Shown: positions 24,569 to 36,684, counted from the first letter of the stretch. The stretch is 38,941 nt of DNA from Macrostomum lignano (GCA_002269645.1 NIVC01004660.1:1-38941); one strand, 5' to 3'. The notes: generated from the sequence alone by a model not told the origin. Numbers and translations are program-made.

Positions 24569-25385
24569 CTGTTGCCAAAAAATTGGTCAGATGAACTTGT
24601 TTAGAGTAATTAAACCACCACATTAATCAATAAAAAAAATCTGGGAAAGAAATTTCATCCGTGTTTTAATCCCGACGCCTGTTTCACTCTGAAAACGAAA
24701 AAAATCCCTACATAAAGATCCGTAATCTTTTTTGCTGTTGATTGAAGTGTAACAAAAATCTAAAAATAAAACGTTAAAAAAACACCGTGCTGATTATATC
24801 TGAGTGTACTTTTCTATTAAATTAAGCAGCCTTTTGAAAACTTTAATCCTCTGATGTTGCTTCAGCATAGGCCAGGCTTATTCTATAAATATACGGAGAA
24901 AAAATATCTTCTACAAATTTATTTGAAACTAGAAGCCCAGTAAAAATACGATTGCAAACTGAGACTATCCTTGGCGTGATCAATTGCAGTGGCGTCTCAC
25001 TTCTTCTTAAATTAATGTCTGCACAGCGATAACTTCGATGAACTTCGTGATATGCTATAGTCCTTTTTCTTTTGAGAACTTGGGTAAATTAGCTTCACCC
25101 AGGATGACTCGAGCTTGATTCGATCAGCCATAGTGAATTTTAGTTGATGGGGGTTGACTGTATCTCGAGCGCAAAATCGGTTTCGCATTCCTCTGCGTGA
25201 GCAGTCAATCTTGTCTTGATGCCCAGAATGGAACTCCCTTTTAAATCTTTCTGCTTAAAATTATTTGCAATCTGAGCTGATCAGATAGACTGAAGCCTTT
25301 GACTTCTAACTGAACAACTGGCCAATGAAATCTTCGAATCCATAGAGATTCATCTTATCGAATAGGGGCCGCATAAAGTACCTAC

Positions 25386-25839
25386 CAACGCGGATTCGCA
25401 GGTGCGGCGTCTGTCCAGTGGGGTCCACGCACTTCACTATGTTCTTCACCATGTCTAGGCCCATCTCAGCCACGAATGCGGCGTGAAACTTTGTCACGGT
25501 TGGACAGCCGGACACGATCATGTAAGCGTCGCCGATTGTCTCCACCTTGTACACCTTGTGCTTCTCTGTCAACTCGTCAAATACCGAGTACATACCATTA
25601 AGCATGTCTACAACCTGCAGCGGCTGCAGCCTCGAGCTAATATTAGTAAAGCCTACAACATCGCTAAACAAAACAGTGACGTCGTCGAAGGTTTCGCAAG
25701 TGTCGATAGCACTGGTGCCGCTGCGAAGTCGCTCGGCAACGCCCTTCGGTATCATCTGGTACAGCAGCTCGTCTGTGCGCTTCATCTCCTCGTCCAGCTT
25801 GCACATGGACTCCTCCAGCTGACGCGATTTCGCCTCTTC
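25386..25839 (-). CDS. Gyc88E: Atypical sGC exon 5 (coiled coil and first half of the cyclase domain)
   Basis: [12 protein letters not shown]...[22 protein letters not shown] and [11 protein letters not shown] (GTP-specifying Glu). ttccAG acceptor and G|GTAGGT donor, 454 nt. Confidence 0.95.
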
Positions 25840-25909
25840 CTGGAAAAGTTTGGAACTCAAATTTAGGACCTGCGTATGAAAGGTTTTTACACAAAAATGC
25901 AACCCTTAC

Positions 25910-26039
25910 TGCTTCGAGTGCCTCCTTGAGCTCGGCAGACTGCTGATCACCGGCGAGGACAAGGTCTCGGCTGGAGTCGTGCATGCTCAGGTCATTGATG
26001 TAAAGTCCCAAGTTGGCCATCACAGACACGTCGCGCATA
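25910..26039 (-). CDS. Gyc88E: Atypical sGC exon 4 (HNOBA/PAS: [27 protein letters not shown])
   Basis: gagcAG acceptor and GCA|GTAAGG donor, 130 nt, frame-consistent. Confidence 0.93.
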
Positions 26040-26236
26040 CTGCTCAGGACAAGAGAATAATGCAAAAATTTAAAGCAATAGTTAATGTCTGAAAGCGATA
26101 TTTGTATTGATGCTAATTCTTGACCAGTGACAGTCCAGTTTGTCAAATTTTTATTTCTAGAAGCCTTGCTTCATTGTAATCATGTCAGTAATCTGGTTAG
26201 GTAAAGTATCTGTTTTGTTTAGATTTTCAGTCTTAC

Positions 26237-26345
26237 ATTGGCGTGCCCAGAAACACAATGGCGTCCCACTGGTCCATGTACTTCATCTGGCCGCGAAACT
26301 TCACTGCATTCGCGGTCATGCTGGACATTCGCTTCCGGGACACCT
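26237..26345 (-). CDS. Gyc88E: Atypical sGC exon 3 (...VKFRGQMKYMDQWDAIVFLGTP)
   Basis: Matches the conserved LKGQM...FLGSP motif. ctctgcAG acceptor is the only nearby in-phase AG; AT|GTAAGA donor; 109 nt. Confidence 0.85.
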
Positions 26346-26602
26346 CTGCAGAGTTGACGGTAATGCTTTGGTGTAGCATTGGTGTAAAAAACACAGACTA
26401 AAAGTAAATTTTATCTGCTTCTTTAAAATTCTTCAAAAGGAATCCCAGTAAAAGAATGTGAGCATGGTGTTGACAGCTACTCTCGTTCGAGTGGAAACTG
26501 AGGACCGCTATAAGGTACAATTAAACTGTAATTTCTAAGGGTCCTTGGTGTAAACTTGAATTCACTAACACATCAAAAATGATTTTGAGACCTAGCACTT
26601 AC

Positions 26603-26672
26603 CTCGCTTCTTCTTTCCGTCCTTTTTCTCGACAACCGCAATTTCGAACACGTTGTTTGTGTGAAGCATCAC
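26603..26672 (-). CDS. Gyc88E: Atypical sGC exon 2 (VMLHTNNVFEIAVVEKKDGKKKR)
   Basis: Conserved HxNxVFEL motif. ctaacAG acceptor and G|GTAAGT donor, 70 nt. Not in the ORF track. Confidence 0.88.
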
Positions 26673-27155
26673 CTGTTAGCATGTAAAACAATGACGACAA
26701 TAAAAGCAAGGTAATATACAGATCGGTAAACTGTGCAATTAAATTTTCTTGCAGTGCCACCGGGAAAATTATGGGGAGAAAATGCAGTTCCGAGAAATTT
26801 GAGGACATAATGAAACGGATTGAGAAACCTTATACGAGAGTAAAAGAGCTGAAAAGAGCAGTCTATATGCATTTGTAACTGCACACCAAAGTCCACCACT
26901 GAAGGAGAGCGAACCAGTTACTTAGTCTAATGGACAGACAGAGCAAGTGAGTAGTAATTCGAAGCAGAAAAATGAAATTTGTTTGTTTAATTCTGGCTGA
27001 AGGCAAATGAAGCGGATTAGTATTCTAATAGGATTCGCGTCTATCATACTGTTTGCGGAGCTTCGAGCTAAAAAGATGACGGACAAAGCTTCGGTTAACT
27101 TGGTATGGCTTTATCAGCATCATCTAGATAGGTGCCGATGTACACTTGAGCTTAC

Positions 27156-27914
27156 AGCGTCCCACGTAAACTCGATGAGCGGTCGCACTAGCACGAAAAC
27201 TTCGTGCATCAGAGAGCCCTGGATGCCCGGCACTGCCTGCTGGGTGGCCCGGCCGCATTTGACCACCTTGAGGCCGCGGTTGAAGACAATGTTGAACGGG
27301 AACACTTCGAAAAACACTTCAGACGGCACCGGCATGTGATCGTCGCGCGCCTCGTAGCTTTTATTATCAAAGTGCAATCGCATCACATAGTTCCACACGC
27401 TTTCTTCGTTGGTCTCATTGACCATCTCAACAGTCATCTTAGTGTTGAAGTACACCTTGGCGATCTCAGTGATCATGCCCTGCACGTAGCTGATGAAACC
27501 GACTCGACGGCTTCGGTACTGCAAGGTGATGCCGGTCCGGCTCTCGTTCACGCAGAAAAATGATGGCGGCTTCAGTTTGGGATAAGTGAAGCGTAGGTAC
27601 TCGTGAAGATTGTCCAGGCCGTTTAGAAAATCGCGCAAATCCCGGCCAAGCACCTTAAGAACAGCGTCATAGTTGTACTGGCTGAGGAAGTTCATGAAGT
27701 AGCGCCCGTTCTCATTCATGAGCTCGTCGAGAGGTATGTTGACTACTTTCGATGCGGACTCCGCCAAGCGGGTAATCGTGCCCTCAGTGTACACCTCGTG
27801 CGGATCGAAGCTCAACTCCTCGACCTCGGCCATCTTGAGGATGCGCTCCCACATGTCCTCACCGTAGCGAACAAGAACCATGGACCTGAAGCCTTCTATC
27901 AATAAGCCGTACAT
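27156..27914 (-). CDS. Gyc88E: Atypical soluble guanylyl cyclase (H-NOX; Gyc-88E / beta-3-like), exon 1 of 8. Gene spans 27914-23411; CDS 1995 nt, 664 aa
   Basis: MYGLL start, heme-ligand His (LDNLHEYL), YxSxR (YRSRR), VFPFNIVF and RPLIEFTWD. Donor GCT|GTAAGC at 27155. All 8 exons join in frame. Confidence 0.95.
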
Positions 27915-28029
27915 GCTTGAGATTTTCAACTTTCAATCACTCGTTAGAGAAACAAACTGTCGGTAAAGACGCCCCCGAAAAACAAGTTTTGAGATGAGGA
28001 GTGCTAGTTTCTTTCTCTTGCAACTAGAC

Positions 28030-28093
28030 TTTTATAGTTTCTGCTCTGGGGGGGGGGTGCAAAAGAATTCGATCCAGTGTCTCCCATGGCAAC
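28030..28093 (-). promoter_or_regulatory. Candidate sGC core promoter: TATAAA (minus strand, 28035-28030) and an RFX X-box-like motif GTCTCC-CAT-GGCAAC (28079-28093)
   Basis: The motifs lie about 116 and 165 nt upstream of ATG 27914. Motif match only. Confidence 0.45.
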
Positions 28094-29943
28094 CGCGGCA
28101 TGCACCAACCAGTTCTCATCAGTGGTGTTGAAGTCTCTGCAGCAATGGGACTTAGGAATTAATTGGCGGCATTGAAATGAATGGCGGCAGTCGGTAACGC
28201 GGCTTGAAGCTAATTACAACAGAGCCCCACGAACGTCCCCAAACTAAACTAACTACAGGATATGATTCGCTTTTTAATGAGACTGAGCTATGTAAGTTTG
28301 GGGATGTTTTGGGGAGTATTTTGACAGCCGTCCATGCGTTTCAAAGCATGGGTTTGATTCGGTAGCCCAGTGCTCATTAGAAAGTCACTTTGTGGGTATG
28401 AAAAAAACGCAAAAAATCATCATTCATCTCCTTTTTTGCTTCCATTTGGTCGAGTCCTGCAATCTGGTTGCACAATGCCTTTCCAACTCCTGCTCACTTG
28501 CATAAAGTACTTTGCTAGCACGCTCCAGTTTATCTCTGTTCAAAACAACATGCAGCAGTCTACGGTACAGGCGTAATTTCAACGCTGCAACTTCCCTATT
28601 GATTGGCGCAGGTGCTTGAATGTCTGGCTAAGGATATGAATCAAAGAGAGTCAATAAAGAAAGCTTTTATTTGACAAAGTCAATGTTAGAGATGGGGCTG
28701 GGAATTGAGCCTTGGGCCACAATTGAAAGAGTCGTGGAAAAGGAGTTGATGCCTTGCGGAAAGTCTGAAAAAGCAGAAAGAGTATCGCTCTCAAAGAAAT
28801 GCATTTAGAAGAAGATAAGATAGAAAGGGCAATATAGTGAATAGGGTGTAAGTAGAATAGGTGAAAATGGAAAACCAATTATGGATCAAAGAGACGTTCA
28901 AGGACACTTAGAAGCAGCTGAGTTGATTGCTTTTCTGAGCTAATCAGCGCAGTTCAAGGAGTAGAAGGAAATGAGATTCAAGATGTCTGGCTTCTGTAGG
29001 GCGTTGCAAAGTTCTTGACAAGGAAAATATGGCTACTTGGAATGAGCGAATGAGCGACAGTACAAAGGCCCTCATTGTAGCGTCAGGCTGGCAGTGAACT
29101 GATGATGCCAGGGTTCCGACAGCTTTCTGTATCGGTAAATACAGGGACAGGAATAATCTGGAAGAGAAACACAGTGTAGCACAGTGTTTGCGGCTGTCAA
29201 CGTATCCGATGACGATGTTTGAGGCTGCGTGACTATCAGGCTGGAGTAAATGAAATGCGCACAGCTGATTCTGGGGGAGAGTTGTCAAATCGCAGCTGGA
29301 GGTCGGCTTGTCCTTTCGTTATTGAGTTCATATTCGTGTGCTTCAGTTTGACTGAGGCGCCCTCCAGAATGGACTAGAGAGCTATTGGGGTAATAGAGTG
29401 GCTGGTTTATGAATTGGCTCAAGATATTCTTCTCTCTTTATTTTGCTGTCTCTGGTCTGACGGTGTTTTGTGTGCACAGCAGTGGGCAACGGGGCGTCTC
29501 AGGGTGTGACAATGCACCCTGCCGAGAGGCGGGGTGGACAGTAGAGTGAAGGAGAGGAAGAGGGCGCTGGATGGCTCTTGAGGGGTGGTGGCACAGTGGA
29601 CGGCACACACAGTCAGACCGTTCCAGTCTTCTAGACAGGGGGGGGGGTTGCGGCGACAGGAGGTTGGTGCGGTTGCTGGCGGGGTAAGCAGACAGCCAAG
29701 CTATCAAATTGCCGAAGAGAAAAAAGCAAAGCTTATTATTGTAACTCTTACTGAATAAGAGGGAAAGAAAAGGACTAGAGATCTCGGTAAGAGAGCGGTA
29801 GAGGAGCGAGGGCTTTTCTGTTGCCAAGGCTGCAACTTTGAGTGATATAGCGCTTATGAACTGAAAGCTGCTTTGAGAAAGAGAATCTCGAAGAAGTATT
29901 GACTTTGGCACGTTAATCCTACCGCCCGGAGAACAACAGCAAT

Positions 29944-30498
29944 ATGGATAAGGCAAGTGTACACTCTGAAGAGGACACTCTTGCGCCTATGCAGACTGTT
30001 CAACCACCGCGTGGACCAGCTGGTGGTGCCAGGCGCGGCACGTTGATGGGCCCGAGAAAGTCCATCGCGGTGGGCCTGCTTGGCCGCTCCTCCGTGTGGA
30101 CGCTCGGTCGCAAGAGTAAAGCGCAGGACGTGAAACTGGAGAACACTTACCGGATGCAGCCTAAGGATGAAGAACGCCTGATGTCCTACCGTCTTCGCCC
30201 GACTATACAGGAAGCCCTGGAGGAATGCCTGGCAAGCTACAGCTACAGCGAGGCTACTGCTGGCAAGAAGGTTTGCGAGGTCGCCCAGATCATCCGCGAC
30301 CGGGTCAAGGACGCCGGCTTCTTGCGCTACAAGCTGGTGGTGCAGGTCCAGCTACTACAGCGCCGCCCAGACCTGTCAATCACCGTCGGCAGCCGGGCTG
30401 TCTGGTCGGCGGAAGTCGGCGACACCTGTCTGGAGGTGAAGTACAACACGAAATCAGTGCGAGCGTTGGCCACTGTGCACGCGTTTTACTTTGAGTAA
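29944..30498 (+). CDS. TCTEX1D1: Tctex1-domain dynein light chain (TCTEX1D1/DYNLT5-like), 184 aa, intronless
   Basis: LENTYRMQP, RYKLVVQV, SRAVWSAEVGD and the terminal ATVHAFYFE* match the Tctex-1 fold. It has the basic N-terminal extension typical of TCTEX1D proteins. The paralog assignment is tentative. Confidence 0.9.
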   Translation: MDKASVHSEEDTLAPMQTVQPPRGPAGGARRGTLMGPRKSIAVGLLGRSSVWTLGRKSKAQDVKLENTYRMQPKDEERLMSYRLRPTIQEALEECLASYSYSEATAGKKVCEVAQIIRDRVKDAGFLRYKLVVQVQLLQRRPDLSITVGSRAVWSAEVGDTCLEVKYNTKSVRALATVHAFYFE

Positions 30499-31284
30499 GA
30501 GAGTATCGCTGAGCCGCTTACTTTAACATTGTCTCTTTGCCATAAGTTGGACAGTCCTATCGCCTACGAAAATGAGCTATCCGCGTTTTAAGTTTCACTG
30601 CCCGATTTAAAGTTATTTAGATCCCTTTTTTACAAATTTTCTGTATTGCTTCTGCTGTCCTTGGGCACGGTTAAACTTATTAATAATATACAAGCTCTGC
30701 GCGTAATAGACTGATATAGAGGTAATATATGTGCCACGTTTGTATTTCACAGAGACCGCCTATTTTGTTACGCGCTTAAAATTATCGAGTTACGACTTAT
30801 CTGATTTATTTTAGGTTCGATGACATTTTTCCGACAGTAAAGCCGCTTTTCTCGTGCATTGTGCTCCCAGTTAGCTCTCTTGAGTCTATTGTATCCTGCA
30901 GCAAGCAAAATAACAAGCAATAACGATAGAATTGTAAGCATATTTTGCTCAGTCCTTATTTTTTTGTGACATTTTTGAGTACGCTAGCGATTGGAGCATG
31001 AATGCTGGGATTAAATCTACAAAATTTTTGTGTATTAATATGGCAGAGAATTTTCTCTAACTATATAGTGAATTGGTACGGCTATGATACATTAAAAATG
31101 GGAGAGCATTTTAAAAAGAGATTAGCAGCGGCGCTGTTAAAGGAATATCAATAGAACAATGCGAATGCAGATGAAAATACGAGCTTAGAAGTCAGAGATA
31201 CGAGTATTCAACATTACTAACTATTATTATACAAGAGCAATCAGGTGAAACATCAATTTTCCTGTTGACTATTGCAAATATTCA

Positions 31285-33774
31285 TTAGTCGCTGGATGAA
31301 TCATCTGAGCTGAGCAGAAATCTCGACTGGCCGGTCTCAGACGCGTCGCTGGGTCGGCGGGAGACAAAGTGTCGCCGACGATTGTTCAAGTCTTCTGATC
31401 GCTGCCTCGCATGCGAGTCATAAATCAGCCAGTCGCGCTCGTTCAGACGCGACATGTCGCTCAACGCGGCGCACACAGCATCGTGGTTGGTGAGGAAGAT
31501 TGCGCGCTTGTCAATGCGGCTGATGCCGGCGTTGCTCAGCATGGCTCGGATTGCAAATCGGCAATTGCATAGGTAGACAGCGATGCCGGCCTCTTGAAAG
31601 TCTCCCACGATTCTATTAAATGTTGCCCAACCTGCAGAATCGATGAAGCTACAGCAGGACATGTCAATAATTACGTGATGCACATCTGACGTCTCTGGCA
31701 TTGGAGCAAAGTGATTTTCGGTTGAAGGCGCTACGGAGATGGTTGCGTCACTCTCAGCGCCGGTTTCAGCAGCAGCTGCGACGGCTGCTGCATTTTGGCG
31801 TCTACCATTTGGGACGATTGATAGGAATCGCTTAAGACTGCGCAATCGTCTTTCGTACCGGCGCTTCTGCAAAATCAGCTTCCTTGGATTAACCGTCATG
31901 CTGTACAGGCAAGATTGAAAATGGTCTGCTGATGAGAAAAATAGGGGTCCTTCGCAACGGAACATCTTTATACCATCAATCTCCTTGGCGTTTGGAGTTA
32001 ATGCAATGTTTTTGTAGATGTCCGTATGCTCGATTCGCCCAAGGACGCAACAGTAGGGCCACTGGAAACGAAATATCACCGTGATGAGGGAGAAACCAAT
32101 TCCAATCATAACACCCGTGTTGGCATCGGTGAAAATGACAGCAAAAAAAGCGACCAGCCACAGAGAAGCATCTATTCTGCTGGTGCGCCAAAGAGCTGGC
32201 AGGTCTTTTAACTGCCAAAGAACCGAGCGCAAGTTCACCACAATGATCGCTGACAGAATACACGTCGGAGTGCTTTCAAACAGTGTTCCAAGGAAAAGCA
32301 ATGTGATCAGCACGAGACCGGATGCGATCAGATTAGCCACCTGCGTGCGACCGCCAATCGATTCGTGCAGATTAGAGCAGGTCATTGAGCTTGTGGACAC
32401 GAAGCAACCGGTAAAAGATCCGAGTATGTTAGCAGCTCCGTAAGCCAGAAACTCCTGATTCGCGTCGATATCATTGTCATACTTCAGTGAGAATTTTTTA
32501 GCCAATGAAACCGTAATGACAAATGACACAATGGCAATAATTAATATGTCTCGCAACAGAATGGAGTCCATGCTGACTGGAGGTGGGGACTCAGCAGGCG
32601 GTAGGCCAGTCGGTATGCGGCCAACCATTTCAACGCCAAGTTGTTGAAATCCGGTCAGTCCTGATATCAGAGTAGCCATCAGGACAACAATGAGCTCTGT
32701 TGGTACCGTGGCCTTCCAGCGGCGCTTTACAAACCGATTGAGCCGCTTAAGACCAGCCATACTGACCATGGCAACCAATGATATAATTAGAGTGTAGGTA
32801 TTTGCTCTAGGTAGACTGACAATTGCGAAATATATCAGCTTAAAGTTTTCCATCACGCCTACTGGTGGTGTGTCCTCAGGAATTCGCACTTCGCAGCCCA
32901 GAAGAGCGGAGATCTGGCTTAAAATTATCTCGATCGCGGTAGCCGTCGTGAATCCATTGACCAATGGGTCGCTGAGGTAGTTGGTGAGCATGCCAAGCCG
33001 CATCACGCTGAAAATCAGTTGGAATATTCCAACCAGAAGGCTTATCATCAAAACTACACCAAGCAGCTGTTCTTTGATAGCAGCGTCTGCCGAAGTTCCA
33101 TTGACGCCTGTCGTGTGGGTCAGGTTGTGCAGCCTCACGTTGTGTATTCGCTCCAAGTATTCCTTAGCAACCTGGCCAACTAACAACGAGACAACGCCCT
33201 GACAAGTAACTACCAGGTGAGGTGAGGTGCCCAGGACGCAGTAAACTAGCGAGGCCACAAGGGCAGTGTAGAGGCCGTGCACAGGAGTGACAAGAGCAAG
33301 TAGCGCGTATGCCATACTCTGCGGAATGCGCATCACCCCTGTGGACAACCCCGATAGCAAGTCATGCGGGAAATACTCGCGCCACCGATAGTGATGCAGG
33401 GTGACAATTATTGGCAGGTACTGGCAGGTGAGGTCAATACATGTCCGCGCAGGTCTTGGCGGAATATACACTGTGTCGATAAAATGCTCTCTCAGAGCAG
33501 CTTCTTCGATTTCCTCTGTGTAGATACTCTCGAACTGGTGCTGCGAGTAGACCGGCCGTTTGATGCGCACAATTTCGTCCATGTTGTGACCCATCATCGA
33601 AGTTGTTGCCGACCGAATGTCATCACCTTCAACGCCGAGGAAGCCGTCGGCAGCTGGAGTTGGTAGGATCGGTGAAGCCAGTGGAATTGTTGTCGATTCC
33701 GATGGCTCCTCTTCCGGCACCAGCGGATGATGGCGACCGACAATTCCGGCGTACGTCTTACGACGTCTTTTCAT
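31285..33774 (-). CDS. SLC26/SulP anion transporter (prestin/pendrin-like) with STAS domain, 829 aa, intronless
   Basis: DLLSGLSTGVMRIPQSMAYALLA, PVHGLY, YLSDPLVNGFTTA, DANQEFLAYGAAN, GGRTQ and STAS motifs (FRCEGPLFF, VIIDMSCCSFIDSAG). A tttcAG acceptor lies 1 nt before the ATG. Confidence 0.96.
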   Translation of the reverse strand: MKRRRKTYAGIVGRHHPLVPEEEPSESTTIPLASPILPTPAADGFLGVEGDDIRSATTSMMGHNMDEIVRIKRPVYSQHQFESIYTEEIEEAALREHFIDTVYIPPRPARTCIDLTCQYLPIIVTLHHYRWREYFPHDLLSGLSTGVMRIPQSMAYALLALVTPVHGLYTALVASLVYCVLGTSPHLVVTCQGVVSLLVGQVAKEYLERIHNVRLHNLTHTTGVNGTSADAAIKEQLLGVVLMISLLVGIFQLIFSVMRLGMLTNYLSDPLVNGFTTATAIEIILSQISALLGCEVRIPEDTPPVGVMENFKLIYFAIVSLPRANTYTLIISLVAMVSMAGLKRLNRFVKRRWKATVPTELIVVLMATLISGLTGFQQLGVEMVGRIPTGLPPAESPPPVSMDSILLRDILIIAIVSFVITVSLAKKFSLKYDNDIDANQEFLAYGAANILGSFTGCFVSTSSMTCSNLHESIGGRTQVANLIASGLVLITLLFLGTLFESTPTCILSAIIVVNLRSVLWQLKDLPALWRTSRIDASLWLVAFFAVIFTDANTGVMIGIGFSLITVIFRFQWPYCCVLGRIEHTDIYKNIALTPNAKEIDGIKMFRCEGPLFFSSADHFQSCLYSMTVNPRKLILQKRRYERRLRSLKRFLSIVPNGRRQNAAAVAAAAETGAESDATISVAPSTENHFAPMPETSDVHHVIIDMSCCSFIDSAGWATFNRIVGDFQEAGIAVYLCNCRFAIRAMLSNAGISRIDKRAIFLTNHDAVCAALSDMSRLNERDWLIYDSHARQRSEDLNNRRRHFVSRRPSDASETGQSRFLLSSDDSSSD

Positions 33775-36670
33775 GCTGAAAGCTGCGTTGCGCAGAAGTT
33801 TTCAAATTGTGTCTGAGTTCTCTTCTGGGAGCACTGTACGTGTTCAGCTCTTTATCTATTCAATTTTTGCTCTCTTGTGCTCGCTCTCTTTAGTGAATTT
33901 TAACCGTCCTGCTCTCTTAAATCGTCTCTAACTCTTCTAACACTTCTGAGTCACTTTGAACAAATTTGACTTGAATGTTGCCAGCGGTCCTGCTCTGGAA
34001 ATTTTCTGTAATGTGCCTGCCACTGCAAGGTGCTAGTCTTGTACATTCACGCTGCTATCAGATAGCTCGCAATGCTCGCTTTCTAAGTAAGCAAGATATT
34101 TCCAATGGACACCCAAGCCTCTGTTTTTATCTCACTATCAGAGCTAGCAGATGCAACCAAGTCAAAGCCACCTTATTCTACACATGCTTTTCACTACTTG
34201 GCTCGACGTGCTACAAACTTAAATGGAGGCGTTCTGCCTATATGCATGTTGCTGAAAGACATACATGTAGCTGTAGCATTATTAGTTCACAGTCTGAAGA
34301 AGGTACTAGTAATTTAGGGCTATTGTCACGTCTTGACCACAAATTGGGAGTTTCTAAGAAATCTTATCATGGTTTGCATATAAAAATTTGCGAGCAAGGC
34401 TGGGGCTTGGAATGCTCCAATTACGAGCTATTAAATACGGCATCAGAAACCGCAACACATGCCCCCCTCGTCTCTCATTAACTCAATAGAAATTCCACTA
34501 AATGAGACATTGTGTTAATCTTGCATGCACTTGTAATTGCAACGATATTCTTGAGCTGATAAGAATTATTCATGCGGTTATGCTTTTTTATAGCCTTTTA
34601 GCATTTCTATGCATGTGGTCGTGCAAAAAAACTTATCAAATATATATGTGCGTGCATACGGCACTAATCCCGCGAAAAGTACCTTTGCAGAAAATTATAC
34701 ATCAATGCACACTAATCAAGAAATAATGGATAATGGATAACGAATAATAATGGAGGCGAGCAAAGGGTTCCAAAGTTTCAGATTCACAATATATTTTCTA
34801 GAAGTGCAGGCGCAGCTGGAATCCGTTGAAAACCCGTTGTGCTGTGAGGCAGCGTATGGAGACGCGAGAATTAAGCGATTGTAGGCATAAAACAATTGCA
34901 GGTAATCGTTTTTAAATCCCAGTCGTAATTTAATAATTGAACTAGAATGCTTACAGCAACGCACACCCAACCCAGCCTTCTAGGCCAGAATGGGGCAGAC
35001 AGTAAAACCTCCCAGCCAATCAGAACGCGTGAACCCTAAGCGTGCCAGCTGCATGCAAAGCAAAGAGAAAGACCACCCAAAAATTTGCTGACAGAAAAAT
35101 TTAATAGGTGACAGTGAACAAAATAAAATGTGTGATATTACTTTCGGGCATTCAATTCTTTATTATCCGACTTCATTCGAAGAAAAATTTAGTTTATACC
35201 ATATTCAATATGTTTATTATTTGAAAATACAAAAACAAAAGCCAGGGCGCAAAAACTTGTTTGAAATGTAAAGTTTAAAGACGCTTGGGTTTTGGGTTCA
35301 GCTGTAAAAGAACCGTCAACATCTTTGATAGCAGAGCAAGCACGAGTCGTCTGAACTATAGCAAATTTAGAATTTTACTAATTTAATTAACAAAGAACAT
35401 CAAAAATAGGTCTAAAGTGTTTTATAGCACATTTTATCTGGTTTTTATGCATATTATTTACTCTAATTTTGTTATACTAATTTTTTGTTTACAACGCAGA
35501 ATTCGATATCGAAACATTGTCTGCATTTTCATTTTCTTTGGGCTTTACTACATGCTGCGCCCTAGCGCCAGTTTTGTGTCCTTGTCTTGTCTCTCTTTTT
35601 ATTAATCATTCTTAATTTCTAAGTTAATTGTTTTGTTTTAAATTTGCTTGGGTTAAATATAAAATTAAAGCGTTTAGTCTCTTATTAAGATCATTTTATG
35701 CTAAACGCCCAGAGACAACCGTTTTTAATCAAATCAGATCCGAAGTAGCTCTTAATAAAAATAGATGCTGAGTATTACATATATTCTGTTATAGGGTAGG
35801 GCTTTAAAAAGAATGGTATGTTTTTGTTAAGCTTTTGCTTTTTAGATTTGTATTTATTTATATATACTTTTAGTCGTTTTACTCGTAGACACATATATTG
35901 TGTGTTGTAGTGAACCTCATGCTTGCTAGTTGTTACTATCTAGAATTTTTTATGGTTTTATGGTTAATATTTTGGTAAAGCTTATACTCCTAGATTTTAC
36001 CTGTTTTCAAAATTTCAAGTTTCAAGTTTCAAGTTTCAAGTTTTGAATAGAATTTTAAGCAGTATTGATAACTTAAAAAAATTAATGCCACTATTTATGC
36101 ATAGAATTATTTGTTATTCAATATTGGCTTTGTATTCATTTTTTTTTATCTTTTTGTTTCAGTCAAAAGTTAAGGTTTATACTGTAGTTAATAGTTAGAA
36201 ATTCTAAAATGAATTAACAAATTAAATTAAATGTTTGTGCTGCTTTGCTTGCTTTCTTGCAAAATGTGATTTATTAAGTGTATTGAGTACCAAGCCTGGA
36301 TTCATTTTGTAAATTGATAGACCAAAATTTATCATCTGTTTAATTTTCAATCACCAAAAGTCTTTCAGTTTGGCCTTCTAGATATTATAGATTTGTCAAT
36401 GAATAACAATTCATTGTGTTTCTGATGACAGTAGATTGACACTGTGCATATTAAATTTGGATATTCAAGGTGCTGCTCTATTTACAATATCGATCGTTTT
36501 ATTAAGGTATTACTAATACAGGCGCTGCTGTTGGCATCCTGGTTGAATGACCCATGCAGTGTACGTTCTCTGTACTGTTTTTTAATCTTCGCTCTAGCTG
36601 ATAAGCAAACCAAATTGACGTTTTCGGGTGGCTGGCAAAGCCTCCACAGATAAGAAATTCGCTCCAGAAT

Positions 36671-36684
36671 GAGGCCATAGCAAC
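36671..36684. promoter_or_regulatory. RFX X-box-like motif GAGGCC-AT-AGCAAC upstream of the Tubby gene
   Basis: One mismatch to GTNRCC-N0-3-RGYAAC, about 1 kb upstream of ATG 37713. Motif match only. Confidence 0.35.

Noticed and set aside
25840-25869. Alternative in-frame acceptor for sGC exon 5 (40-nt intron, adding [10 protein letters not shown])
   Set aside because: The 70-nt intron gives [11 protein letters not shown], colinear with Gyc-88E LDQ-EQQKSKKL, and has the better pyrimidine tract.
36016-36043. (TTTCAAG)4 run
   Set aside because: A short simple repeat in AT-rich intergenic DNA with no evidence of function.
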